The notes: generated from the letters alone by a model not told the origin. A stretch of 64,000 nucleotides of DNA from Haliotis rufescens (GCF_023055435.1 NW_025964392.1:434001-498000); one strand, 5' to 3'; positions 12,001 to 24,200 are shown, counted from the first letter of the stretch. Made by a program: numbers and translations.

Positions 12001-15000
12001 TATATGATATATTTACATGTGATGTGTGATATATGATGTATTTACATGTGATGTGTGATATATGATATATTTACATGTGATGTGTGATATATGATGTATT
12101 TACATGTGCTGTGTGATATATGATATATTTACATGTGATGTGTGATATATGATATATTTACATGTGATGTGTGATATATGATATATTTACATGTGATGTG
12201 TGATATATGATATATTTACATGTGATGTGTGATATATGATGTATTTACATATGATGTGTGATATTGATGTATTTACATATGACTTGTGATATATGATGTA
12301 TTTACATGTGACGTGTGATATGGTTCTAGGTACTTTCGGACGTATCTACTTGGGGACATTAATCGGCGAAGATGAGAATGAGGTCAGCATGGAACAAGAG
12401 GTTTATATAAAAACATTAACAGGTACGTGCCCTCACTTTAAGATGCAGCGTGTTTATATAAAAACATTAACAGGTACGTGTCAACATTTTGAGATGCAGC
12501 ATGTTTATATAGAAACATAAACAGGTATGTGCCAATGCTTTGAGATGCAGTGTGTTTATATAAACACATTAACAGGTACGTGTCAACATTTTGAGATGCA
12601 GCGTGTTAATATAAAAGCATTAACAGGTATGTGCCCTCACTTTGAGATGCTCACTGTTGCACATTGTATGTTGTTCAGATCAGGCGCGAGGTGACCAGTT
12701 GCAGGTGTTCCTCACTGAGAGCTGTATGCTGAAGGGCTTGATCCACCAGAACATCAACCCTGTCGTCGGGGCGTGTGTGGATGGGGAGATTCAGCCCTTT
12801 ATGATTTACCCCTACTCTAACGAGGGCAATCTGAAAAAGTTCCTCCTCAAGTGTCGGATGTCGGAGTGTGGGTCACGCTATGTGAGTACAACTTGTTGGT
12901 TCTCTGTCCTATGACGTATATTATGATAAGTTGTAGCAGCATCACTCGGGTATAAGTGCTTTAATGTATTTCGTGTTAGTCAATATATAGCGAGTCAGAC
13001 ATGAGTGGTATACAACATAGTGAGCGACACATAAAACCACTTATCATACCTCCATGGCAGAATGATAAGATCTGATTGGTCCACATCTACTTGACAAAAT
13101 ACTATGTATCCCGTCTTGGAGGGAAATAAATTTCTCAGTAGGAGAATAAATCCCTTATACCCCATCATGAACAAGACAGGCTGCATGTGGATTTCTGAGA
13201 GTAAAATAAATCCCCTGTACCCTGCTTCGAAGCAAATACCTGCACGCTTTACCCCCGAGTTAATGTAAGTCACGTGACTTAGCACAAGTTACCCTCAGCT
13301 CAATCGAACAGCTGTTTTCTATCAACTTGGAATTTGTTTTAATTCTTTAACAATGTCATATTATTACATGTCGGTAAGATTAATTGGTTGTAGCAGCATC
13401 ACTCGGGGTACAAGTGGTTTTATGGTTATAAAACCACATATACCCCAAGTGATACTGCCACAATGAATTCATCATATTTCAATCCGCCATTGTAAAAGAA
13501 TTATGATAAATTGAAATTGATAGAAAACACCTGTTTGATTTAGCTATGGTTTATTGACTCATAAATAACATGCAGGATTTTGCTTCATAGAAGGGGGCAA
13601 GAGGTTAAATCCAAAAACAGCCTATTTTCTTTGTGGCGGGGTATAAGGGATTTATTCTCCTGCTTAGAAATTTATTTCCCTCCCAGTCGGGGTATGTTCC
13701 TTTTCGTAACATATGAACCAATCAGATCTCACCATTCTTACATGGAGGTACGATATCAATCTGTGTCAAACACTGCTGGCATGGTATTGTCTCCTGGTGT
13801 ATACCAGACCAAACAATAGTTTGCTTGACTCGGGCTTCGGACTGGGGGCTGAATTGTAAAATAAATCACTGGTAGCCTCAATCATGGGCAACACAAAACA
13901 GCATTCACTTCCTGGTTTTAGGAGATAGTTTGCAGATTTCAACTCATCTTTCTCTGTTTCAGACACTTTCAACACAGCAGCTTGTATATATGGCCATACA
14001 AATCATACGCGGCATACAGTACTTACATCGGAAAAAAATAATTCACAAAGATATAGCCACAAGGAATTGTGTGTAAGTATCTGGGAGAACTCCTTACCTC
14101 CTCAGTTAGAACATCTGTGTCAGTCCCAAGATGTGTTTCTTCCCTGATAGAGAAGATGAAGGAGCATCGTCTGGGCAGATCACCATCGTATTTATGTTGT
14201 CACTTGATTGTGTGATGTTATAACACATCTTTGTTGATGTTATGATGTGGTGTATGATGTTATAGTGCCTTTGTATTGATAATGTGCCTTTTTGATGATG
14301 TTATAATGTGATTGTGTTGATGATGGTATTGACTTTTAAATGATGGTGTATATGATATATAACACTATTGACATTGTAACATGAGGGTATGAATGTTATA
14401 TCATGATGGTATTGACTTTATGAATGATGGTATATATGTTATATGACAGTATTGGCATCATGAGATGATGGTTTGAATGTTATATCATGATGGTATTGAC
14501 AAGATTATTGTAGTGACATTATGATATGAGGGTATGAATGTTATATCATGATGGTATAGACGGTTATGTTCATGCTTCAATCTATCAGGTTGGTTACATA
14601 GACAAACTGTTGTTGCTATAAAATATATTTGAGATATTTCTGTTAGTAAACAATCGTGACATGTGTAGAATCTGTTGTTTTCCAGTGTGGACAATGACTT
14701 TGTTGTGAAGCTGACGGACAACTCCCTGTCACGGGATGTGTTCCCCAGTGACTACACATGTCTGGGAGACAACGAGAACCGCCCCGTCAAGTGGCTGGCC
14801 GTGGAGGCGCTGTTGGAGAGGAGGTTCTCGCCAGCCAGCGATGTGGTAGGTTACCGTGGTGATGTGGTAGGTTACCGTGTTGATGTGTCATTTTACTATC
14901 GAGATGTAGGTTACCATGGAGATGTAGGTTACCATGGAGATGTAGGTTACCATGGAGATGTGACTATGTAGCAGGACCAGCCTCCAAAATAACTCACCTG

Positions 15001-18000
15001 TCAACAAGACCATCAGAACAAATGAAATATCTGTTGTTAATTCCAGCAATTATTGTTGGCACATTACTCGACTACTGTTGATGTATGTGTCTGAGTACAG
15101 GATATTCACAGGCCCACCAGGTGACTGACTATGCATAATTGTAAGCCCGTTGCTATTTCTGCTGGACACAGGCCAAAGGAACAGCAGCAATTTTTTTATA
15201 CAAAATCTACTTTCTTGAACGATGAAAGGGAGATAACTGCGAATTCTGCTTTGTCAATACACCAATGTGCCATTCTGAGGCACTCATTTCAGACACCAAC
15301 ATCATGATGTGGACCTGATGTTTCACTGATATTAAGATCAGATGTTCCACACCTAATTTGTCAAATTGACATCATCAACTGTTTCAAATATTTGTGTCAT
15401 TGAAATGTCCATGGATCTGTTTCAAATGTCCATGACCCTGTTTCAAATGTCCATGGCTTTGTTTCAGTGGGCATTCGGGGTGACCTTGTGGGAGATGATG
15501 ACCTTGGGACAGCAGCCCTACGCAGACATTGATCCATTTGAGATGGCTGCCTATCTACAGGAAGGCTACCGGATAGCACAGCCCCACAACTGTCCTGATG
15601 AACTGTAAGTATCTCAATGTACCTCTTAGAAATGGCCACATATCTGAAGGGTGGCTACTTGACAGCCGGCCTCACAACTGTCAAGTCGGTAAGTTTGTCT
15701 GGATAGAAATCGAGAGGTCATCATGGTTTGACTTACATCAAACAGAAATAATAACTTAGATATAAGTTTGACAATTTATATATTTTTATATATTTTTTTT
15801 ATTACTTTGTGTAATTTATTTATGGATTTGCTTTCCTTTAACGTCTGTATTTTGCTCTTTGACATAATCTATATGGACCTGTTGTCGAAGCATGTGTCCG
15901 AGAAGTGCTTTTTTCAATGACAAGCAGGTTAATAAAATTCTATACTATTTGGATGTGACTACGGCCTGGCCAGTGTACCGGCTTGCAGTGTCTGGGGACA
16001 CATGACGTCTTGGTTGGTGTACCAGCCTGCGGTGTCTGGGGACTCATGTCTTGGCTGATGTACCGGCTTGCGGTGTCTGGGGACTCATGACGTCTTGGTT
16101 GGTGTACCGGCTTGCGGTGTCTGGGGACTCATGACGTCTTGGTTGGTGTACGGGCCTGTGGTGTCTGGGGACTCATGGCGTCTTGGTTGGTGTACCGGCC
16201 TGTGGTGTCTGGGGACTCACGGCGTCTTGGTTGGTGTACCAGCCTGTGGTGTCTGGGGACTCATGACGTCTTGGTTGGTGTACCAGCCTGTGGTGTCTGG
16301 GGACTCATGGCGTCTTGGTTGGTGTACCGGCCTGTGGTGTCTGGGGACACATGACGTCTTGGTTGGTGTACCAGCCTGTGGTGTCTGGGGACTCAGGACG
16401 TCTTGGTTGGTGTACCTGCTTGCGGTGTCTGGGGACACATGCAGCTTGGTTGGTGTACCGGCCTGGGGTGTCTGGGGACTCATGGCGTCTTGGTTGGTGT
16501 ACCGGCCTGTGGTGTCTGGGGACTCACGGCGTCTTGGTTGGTGTACCTGCCTGTGGTGTCTGGGGACTCATGGCGTCTTGGTTGGTGTACCGGCCTGTGG
16601 TATCTAGGCACTCATGACGTCTTGGTTGGTGTACTGGCCTGTGGTGTCTGGGGACACATGATGTCTTGGTTGGTGTACCGGCCTGTGGTGTCTGGGGACT
16701 CACGGCGTCTTGGTTGGTGTACCAGCCTGTGGTGTCTGGGGACTCATGACGTCTTGGTTGGTGTACCAGCCTGTGGTGTCTGGGGACTCATGTCTTGGCT
16801 GATGTACCGGCTTGCGGTGTCTGGGGACTCATGACGTCTTGGTTGGTGTACCGGCTTGCGGTGTCTGGGGACTCATGACGTCTTGGTTGGTGTACGGGCC
16901 TGTGGTGTCTGGGGACTCATGGCGTCTTGGTTGGTGTACCGGCCTGTGGTGTCTGGGGACTCACGGCGTCTTGGTTGGTGTACCAGCCTGTGGTGTCTGG
17001 GGACTCATGACGTCTTGGTTGGTGTACCAGCCTGTGGTGTCTGGGGACTCATGGCGTCTTGGTTGGTGTACCGGCCTGTGGTGTCTGGGGACACATGACG
17101 TCTTGGTTGGTGTACCGGCTTGCGGTGTCTGGGGACTCATGACGTCTTGGTTGGTGTACGGGCCTGTGGTGTCTGGGGACTCATGGCGTCTTGGTTGGTG
17201 TACCGGCCTGTGGTGTCTGGGGACTCACGGCGTCTTGGTTGGTGTACCAGCCTGTGGTGTCTGGGGACTCATGACGTCTTGGTTGGTGTACCAGCCTGTG
17301 GTGTCTGGGGACTCATGGCGTCTTGGTTGGTGTACCGGCCTGTGGTGTCTGGGGACACATGACGTCTTGGTTGGTGTACCAGCCTGTGGTGTCTGGGGAC
17401 TCAGGACGTCTTGGTTGGTGTACCGGCCTGTGGTGTCTTGGGACTCATGGCGTCTTGGTTGGTGTACCTGCTTGCGGTGTCTGGGGACTCAGGACGTCTT
17501 GGTTGGTGTACCTGCTTGCGGTGTCTGGGGACACATGCAGCTTGGTTGGTGTACCGGCCTGGGGTGTCTGGGGACTCATGGCGTCTTGGTTGGTGTACCG
17601 GCCTGTGGTGTCTGGGGACTCACGGCGTCTTGGTTGGTGTACCTGCCTGTGGTGTCTGGGGACTCATGGCGTCTTGGTTGGTGTACCGGCCTGTGGTGTC
17701 TGGGGACTCACGGCGTCTTGGTTGGTGTACCAGCCTGTGGTGTCTGGGGACTCATGACGTCTTGGTTGGTGTACCAGCCTGTGGTGTCTGGGGACTCATG
17801 GCGTCTTGGTTGGTGTACCGGCCTGTGGTGTCTGGGGACACATGACGTCTTGGTTGGTGTACCAGCCTGTGGTGTCTGGGGACTCATGGCGTCTTGGTTG
17901 GTGTACCGGCCTGTGGTACCTAGGCACTCATGACGTCTTGGTTGGTGTACTGGCCTGTGGTGTCTGGGGACACATGACGTCTTGGTTGGTGTACTGGCCT

Positions 18001-18707
18001 GTGGTGTCTGGGGACTCATGGCGTCTTGGTTGGTGTACCGGCCTGTTGTGTCTGGGGACTCATGACGTCTTGGTTGGTGTACCGGCCTGTGGTGTCTGGG
18101 GACTCATGGCGTCTTGGTTGGTGTACTGGCCTGTGGTGTCTGGGGACACATGACGTCTTGGTTGGTGTACCTGCCTGTGGTATCTAGGCACTCATGGCGT
18201 CTTGGTTGGTGTACCTGCCTGTGGTATCTAGGCACTCATGGCGTCTTGGTTGGTGTACCGGCCTGTGGTGTCTGGGGACTCATGGCGTCTTGGTTGGTGT
18301 ACCGGCCTGTGGTATCTTGGGACTCATGGCGTCTGGGGGGGTGTACCAGCCTGTCGTGTCTTGGGACTCATGGCGTCTTGGTTGGTGTACCAGCCTGTCG
18401 TGTCTGGGGACTCATGGCGTCTTGGTTGGTGTACCAGCCTGTCGTGTCTGGGGACTCATGGCGTCTGGGCGGGTGTACCAGCCTGTTGTGTCTGGGGACT
18501 CATGACGTCTTGGTTGGTGTACCAGCCTGTGGTGTTGGAATAGTTAACATTACTTCTGTTCTATAATCACTCACTCACTCTCTCTCTCTCTGCAGGTTTG
18601 CTGTCATGGCTTGTTGCTGGGCGATGTCACCTGACGAGAGGCCAAAGTTCACCCAGCTCCTTGTGTGTTTACAAGATTTCTACACAGCACTCGGCAGATT
18701 CATATGA
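3006..18707 (+). CDS. RYK: RYK/Derailed-like receptor tyrosine pseudokinase, 3' part (8 coding exons: 3006-3088, 7942-8067, 12330-12422, 12679-12881, 13963-14072, 14686-14845, 15468-15604, 18596-18707); 5' exons lie outside the window
   Basis: All exons are bounded by AG/GT with consistent phases. The spliced translation (FLRPDTPNNA...LLMEGTFGRIY...VYIK...IHKDIATRNC...KLTDNSLSRDVFPSDYTCLGDNENRPVKW...WAFGVTLWEMMTLGQQPYADIDPFEMAAYL...NCPDELFAVMACCW...ALGRFI*) matches RYK hallmarks. Confidence 0.96.
3567..3713 (+). mobile_element. Short tRNA-derived SINE family 2, degenerate
   Basis: Matches the copies at 25115 and 61912; (CACT)n tail. Confidence 0.8.
4062..5326. repeat. 123/127-bp tandem repeat, ~10 copies
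   Basis: TATCCTTCCGGGTACCCAG recurs every 123 or 127 bp (TTGT indel). Confidence 0.96.
6430..7645. repeat. 27-bp minisatellite (GGAACAATGTGACAACTTTACATGTCA), ~45 copies
   Basis: Direct periodicity; unit is divisible by 3, producing spurious ORFs. Confidence 0.97.
7942..8067 (+). CDS. RYK: RYK exon (GLPNFRRG...IAVERKRIALGDLLME)
   Basis: tgcAG acceptor, GTCAGT donor; leads into the kinase Gly-loop. Confidence 0.92.
8154..8250 (+). mobile_element. SINE family 2, internally deleted
   Basis: tRNA-like head GGGGTAGTGTAGTGGTTAAAG and (CACT)n tail. Confidence 0.65.
8263..9125. repeat. 26-bp minisatellite (GGTCCCCGTGGACTTGAAGGCTGGAA), ~33 copies
   Basis: Direct periodicity. Confidence 0.97.
9105..9290 (+). 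mobile_element. Diverged copy of the short non-tRNA retroposon with a Nimb-5'UTR-like head
   Basis: CAGCAACCCAT...GTCGTAAGATGCGACT...CTGGTCCAGACTCGATTAT is similar to the element at 49930-51426. Confidence 0.6.
9361..9946 (+). mobile_element. 5'-truncated Nimb-like LINE 3' end
   Basis: PC...FKHILLDC...YLKEIGLYNK C-terminal remnant, 3' UTR and (CACT)n tail; candidate TSD TCAGTCC. Confidence 0.85.
9948..10315. repeat. ~30-31-bp minisatellite (GGATAGATGTGACCTCTGTCCTCCA...), ~12 copies
   Basis: Direct periodicity. Confidence 0.9.
10976..12322. repeat. 29-bp AT-rich minisatellite with a 58-bp dimeric higher-order pattern, ~46 copies
   Basis: TTTACATG recurs every 29 bp; GATATA and GATGTA variants alternate. 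Confidence 0.96.
12330..12422 (+). CDS. RYK: RYK exon, kinase subdomains I-II (GTFGRIYLG...VYIKTLT)
   Basis: ctAG acceptor, GTACGT donor; phase-compatible with both neighbours. Confidence 0.93.
12401..12650. repeat. 51-bp tandem repeat x5 containing the RYK exon end and splice donor
   Basis: AACAG|GTAYGTG at 12422, 12473, 12524, 12575 and 12626. Confidence 0.93.
12679..12881 (+). CDS. RYK: RYK exon, subdomains III-V (DQARGDQ...GNLKKFLLKC...SRY)
   Basis: ttcAG acceptor, GTGAGT donor. Confidence 0.94.
13040..13755. repeat. Large imperfect inverted repeat (foldback) in a RYK intron
   Basis: Arms ~13043-13165 vs ~13638-13755 and ~13308-13355 vs ~13488-13535 are reverse complements; central palindrome at ~13388-13462. 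Confidence 0.8.
13963..14072 (+). CDS. RYK: RYK exon, catalytic loop (QQLVYMAIQI...IHKDIATRNC)
   Basis: tttcAG acceptor, GTAAGT donor; HKD loop. Missed by the ORF track. Confidence 0.95.
14686..14845 (+). CDS. RYK: RYK exon, activation loop (KLTDNSLSRD...CLGDNENRPVKW...SDV)
   Basis: tccAG acceptor, GTAGGT donor; DNS in place of DFG, as expected for the RYK family. Confidence 0.96.
15468..15604 (+). CDS. RYK: RYK exon (WAFGVTLWEMMTLG...NCPDE)
   Basis: tttcAG acceptor, GTAAGT donor. Confidence 0.96.
15972..18535. repeat. 44-bp GC-rich minisatellite, ~58 copies, with block duplications
   Basis: GTGTACCGGCCTGTGGTGTCTGGGGACTCATGGCGTCTTGGTTG periodicity; identical blocks offset by 744 and 264 bp. 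Confidence 0.97.
18596..18707 (+). CDS. RYK: RYK last coding exon (FAVMACCW...ALGRFI*)
   Basis: (TC)n-tgcAG acceptor; TGA at 18705-18707; hydrophobic PDZ-type C-terminus. Confidence 0.95.
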
Positions 18708-20310
18708 TGAAGGTCAAGGTCACCACATTGATGTTACCATAGTGATAGGCAGATTTAGACTCAAGCTCTCACCAGTTTTCTTACTAACAGAGATTGGACT
18801 ATGCCGAAACCTGGTAGGAATATTTTGTGGTCTGTTTCATGACAACGGAATGAAGACTTGCAGATTTAAGTGGCTATTGTGATGGGATACCACCTCGAGT
18901 GGACTACATCTGAGTACAGATTGAAATGGGATGACATGGTCAGCTTGATCTGACTTGGTGAAGGTTGAGTGCCATTAATAGGATATTGGCATATTTGTTG
19001 GAGTCACCTCACCATACAGCAGTGTGGAGCAGATGCTAGAGATGTACCAGTCAGATTGGTGGCAGCCCTCACCACGCAGAGGGACAGCACGTGCAGGACT
19101 TTACTCCCCATCCTCACAAGAGTCACTGACCGTCTTCAGAGTTCCAGAAGTCAATGAATGAGCAGAGCGATCAAGGTGTGCTAAGACTGGCCATCTACAT
19201 TATGTATGTGTTAAGTGCTTTAACGGACAGATGCAAGCATAGCTATAGTAGAGTGGGCAGAGAGAGTCATCACACAGACCAAGTCTGTGGGCAAAGCACT
19301 GATTCAACTTGAAACTTAACCAGTATGGCCAGGAGTCGTAGGTGGAAATTGATGTTTCACCGAGTAGTGAGTACTTACATGTTTGTCTGCAATAGAACTT
19401 GATGTGTTGTCAGATGCACCAGCGGAGTTGGTTCTGAGTCATGGTGTGGGAGTGAGGATTGTTAAGAAAGTCAACTCGGAGATGGCACCTCCAGACGACC
19501 TGGAAGTGTTTCTTCACGGAATATAGGACGACTGACGCTTGTGCTTTCCTGGAGAAATGGAATTACTGAAAGCTTAGGTCTTTGTAAACAACGTGGGGCA
19601 TTTCATGTCCAGATTGTGTGTTGGACCTGATGTGCTCATTTCAAGAGATAATAGACTCTCATGGAACCTTTGAAGACATTGAACAAGTACGTTGTTCATG
19701 AGTTTGAATGGCAATTGTTCTGCGTGCAACATTGACTCATGATCCAGGAACACTGAGAACAATTCCCAGGATGCATGTCACCCTGACCCTGAGGATTTGT
19801 GTCCAGTAAGGGACAAAGAGCACAGTGTTTTCATCCCGTAATTTCTCAACATAATACCATTTGGGGAAGACTCCATACACAGATTGTATCATTAGTTACA
19901 ATGTTTTAATTTTACCGTTGAGGTAATGCAGGAAATAAACACACATGTTTTGGGTAACATGCTGTTGGACATGGTATGGTTTCAACAATGGGGAAACAAG
20001 AAAGTCCCATGTGGACATTTGCCAGGAGATATGTGTGTTATACCCCTGTATGATAGCCTCCTGTTTGGTCACAGCAATCTGTGTATTATACCATAGAGTG
20101 TACATAATAGACAAAAGTAGTTGTGAGGACCTGTTAGGGTGTTGCAACAAAACCCCTACAGGGCCCCAGCTTCTGGGTGTTGCTGTGTTTAGCTGACAAT
20201 CAAATATAGCTGCTTGAACATACTCACACCCCTTACACACTGGTAGGGGTCGGGAAAGTAGGCAGGGGAGATAACTCAGTATATTGATCAACTTTCCTAA
20301 TGCACTGTTA

Positions 20311-20642
20311 GGCCACACGTTTTTAATCTTATGTTTCTCGGATTTATTCCAGCTTTGCCACCCAAGGTTGGACAAAATAAAAATAAATAGCTATTTCAAT
20401 TATTTATTTACTTTAAGAAAATCATTCTGCTGTGGATTTCCAGGTGGCCTCATGAATCACTGATAGTGATGTATACATGGGATTTATGGAGTACATTATA
20501 TATTATATAAGAGGGTCTATATTACTAGTGGGAGACATAATAAAAATAAATATTTTTATGTTTAATTTATTTCTTGGACCGGCTGTTTTTTAGTTAGGAT
20601 AGACGGGGCCAGTGAAACGAAAAATAAAAAAAATGTGTGGCC
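20311..20642. mobile_element. PIF/Harbinger-type MITE (~332 bp)
   Basis: TIRs GGCCACAC...GTGTGGCC flanked by TTA on both sides. Confidence 0.72.
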
Positions 20643-21079
20643 TTAGGTACCGTCATGTTCAGTTCTTCAGTCTCTGAACTCTAAAAACATGTTTATGAAA
20701 TCTTTTTTAAATGAACAAATCATGTAGTTTCATATCTTGTTAGTTCTCTGTTATTTTTGTATGAAAAACAGAGAATTTAACTCTTTGTTAACATCTGGGC
20801 TGTATGTTTGTCCTTGGAGGCAAGATAATCCATTTTAATTATTTTGTTCGAAACCTATGTTTTGTGAAGAATTTACCATAGAATCTCGTTATAACTTTTG
20901 TTAATAAGTACTTACAAAGGTACATGTGCACATATTGCACAGATAGCAAAAGTGGTTGTGCCCAAGTTATGATTTTCGCTGAACTGTGAGAGGTGTAAAT
21001 CTCGCAAGACACGCTGATCATTGAACAGAAAACTGATGCACATTTTCAAAGTGCACATTCCCTGTACAGGAACCACCAT

Positions 21080-21290
21080 GTGAATGTCTTCTGACAGTAG
21101 ACACGTTTATATACTGTGACGTCTTCTCTCATCATGGGCAACTGGACTAGTGAATGTCTTCTTACGGTAGACAGTTTTATACACCGTGACTTCTCTCATC
21201 ATGGGCAACTGACTAGTGAATATCTTCTGACGGTAGACACTTTTATATACTGTGACCTCTTCTCTCATCATTGGCCACTGACTAGTGAAT
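21080..21290. repeat. ~66-bp tandem repeat x3
   Basis: GTGAATGTCTTCTGACGGTAGACA...CTCTCATCAT...GACTA recurs. Confidence 0.85.
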
Positions 21291-24200
21291 TATGCAACAC
21301 AAGATAACCCAGGTCTGCTATGCAAATCTTTCTCACTGCTGAAAGTGCTGTGTTACTATTTCTGTTGTGAAATCTGGTAGTGATTGCTTTACCATGGATC
21401 CAACCTTCTGAGGGAAGCACAAAGGACACATGTTTGTTTTTCCATCTGTGTTCGGTGTCACACATTCTGTATTCTCCACAATCCCAGTGTTGTTATTCAC
21501 TTATTGCAGTGTTACACTTTTGTTCCCCGAGTTCTTCATTTTAAAGGTGCTTGTTTATTAGGTTATTAGGTTTAACAAACCTATACTCACCGCAAAAAGA
21601 AACGCGAACCATAGAAACACATGATGAGACCCACTTTGGACTTAAACTGTAACAGGACATATTTATTCTTGAAGTCGCCTTTGGTAGACATTGTTATGGA
21701 AGTCACCAGTTGTTGTTCATTTGTTTGTTGGAGGCTGTCTTAAGATTCTGTTCGACTGATCAAATCAGGAATGAGCAGGTTATTCGGGGCTTATTGTAAG
21801 CCAATCTAATCAAATATATTTTCATGCAAGTCTGATATTGTTTAAGTCCAGAGTAAAGCAGCTCCTGTGTCTTATTCCTGCCTGTGTCACTGTCAGTCCA
21901 GTGTCCGGGGTTTTGTCAAAATATACATACACAACAAAATGGGCTTGCCCGAACCAGAAGATGAGAATCATCACACGTTTTATTTCTTTCAGGCTAAGAT
22001 TGAATTTAAGAAATGGTTCTGCTGTAGAGTTGATCAGACTTGGGAACATGTGCCGATACTCATTTGATGCTAAATCTGTTATTTTGCAAGGCTTGATATT
22101 TTTAATTGTGTTCACAAAGTTCACCATGTTTCAGCTCACATACTGTGAGAATCTGCTCACTTCGTCATGTTATCTCATATCCATGCATTGAGAAAGAAAA
22201 ACCTGGGCATTGTGATTTTTAAAATATGTCAAATTGTTTTTGTTGGATTTAATAATGCAAGATGACTGTACTTAAGTTTGCTACTATGATACTGAAGTGT
22301 TAACATGATGAGATACTGCAAAGAATGTACTGATATAGTTGATGTGTTGACATGAGTATACTTAATTAAGACATTATTGGGCTGCGAGATGCCCCTGCAT
22401 CAGTAACATGGATGATGGTACATTGATGAAGAGAAGACCCCTTTGCCTTATAGCACAGCTGTGTGGCGGTGAAGTGACTGCAGACTCCATCAGCCACAAG
22501 AACCACCAGGAGGAACAGCGGACATGTTGTTTTGTCTGTATCTGCATCATTCTGTGTAACCATTTTAGTCCTCTCCTCATCAGTCCCTAATTAATTGTGT
22601 GTGCCAAATTAGTCACTAGCATGATGCATTATATCAACTCCATCTTGAATTTGTTTAACCCTGTGGGTCAGGTTGGTCGTAGGACACAACTGTATCAAGA
22701 AGAAATTCAAGATCAATCTGGTTAAGCCACATATTTCTTATACCTTGGTTTGCAGCTTTTCATGAGGGATGGACAGAGTGTCGGAAAGAAATAAGAAGTC
22801 TCTTTACAATCTGGTTCAAAAGAACTGTATATTCAGGTGTCTGTGTGAATTTGAATGATTATGATTTCATCAAATGTAAACCAAGAGGTGTGGCCTCATG
22901 CATCGTGCATGCATTAAACAGTGTAACTGTGGATGTGACAGGGGATAGGGCAGCAGAGATCATCCACCCTGTCTAAACTGTATTTCAGGGAGGGTTGTCC
23001 TTGTGTTAATAATATATAATGTTAACATTTCTAGGAGTTCACAGAGGTACCGGACATCATGCAGCTGTTCTGAGAGGGATCTCTGGATCAGGTGCACTCA
23101 GTGTTTTATTTTTAGGGGGTATGTCAAAAGTTCTCATGGCATTGTAGTTTGACTTTTCATCACAGCTTCATTTTCCCTTTTAGTAAGCATGCGCGACCCT
23201 GACAGTCTTCAAACCTGGCCTTTGTGTATTGCCAGTGTCTACAAAAGTAAGAGAAGGGCCTGCAAGTTGTTGAAAGGCCAGGTTTGTGCTGACTCCTGAT
23301 GATAGGAGTTATTGCCAAGATGGAGTTTGTTCCTTTGTGAAAAAGAACATTTTGTCTTGAGGATTCCGAAATTGTGTGCCAACTTTGGACAAAGCCCCTA
23401 TGACCAGCTATGTCCATATATGGTAGTTTAGTCTTGGGGAACACTCCTTGTTGGGTTAAAAAGATTTTGGTTCCTTTGATAACAACTTACAAGCGTAAGA
23501 CAAATTTTGTTTTCTGATCATGAATCAAAATTGAAATCGTTAGGATTCTTTTCATGTTTGTCATTGATCAATGACTCTTTTTACTTTCATGATCATTCGG
23601 ACAAAGGAGTTATCATAAATGTCACAGGAATCCAGTCCTAGGTTCCCCTATGGGTATTGCTTGACTTCAGGTTGTCAAACAATGAATTCATCATATCTCG
23701 ACACAGGGTACTGTACATACATATACATATATAGCTATCTGTCAGTGTTCAGCCCCCTCCATCCTGCTGTACAGCATTGTGTATGATAGCCTCCCTTGCT
23801 TCTGTACAGCCAATCACATCCATGCTTTATGTTAGGGGAGGAGAGAGTTCAGTGTCCCATGAAGATTTATGTTGAGACTTTCACTGACTGAAATACGATA
23901 CTGTACTTATATTTACGTTAATGGTCACAATTTTCTTGAAAATTATTTAGTTAACGATATTTCAATTGTCAGTTTTATTAATTTGATTGTGGATCTGAAC
24001 TTCATGTGTTTAAAAAGGATTCCAGTCAAACTCTGGGACGACAATCAAGAGATGAGAAGGATGAAGTGTATTTTATTTGCATGAAGTGTATATGTCTACT
24101 GCCAGCTTCTCGGCTTGCTGTCAGTTTCCTGCATACAGCAGAGGTAGAGATTTACTGCACAAACTTGGCAACTCCTGCTGATATCTACTTGTCAATAACA

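Noticed and set aside
12330-14845. RYK pseudogenisation suggested by altered GxGxxG and DFG motifs
   Set aside because: EGTFG, HKD and DNx are normal for the RYK pseudokinase family; the frame and splice sites are intact.
16068-18566. Many Trp/Cys-rich ORFs
   Set aside because: Artefacts of the 44-bp minisatellite.
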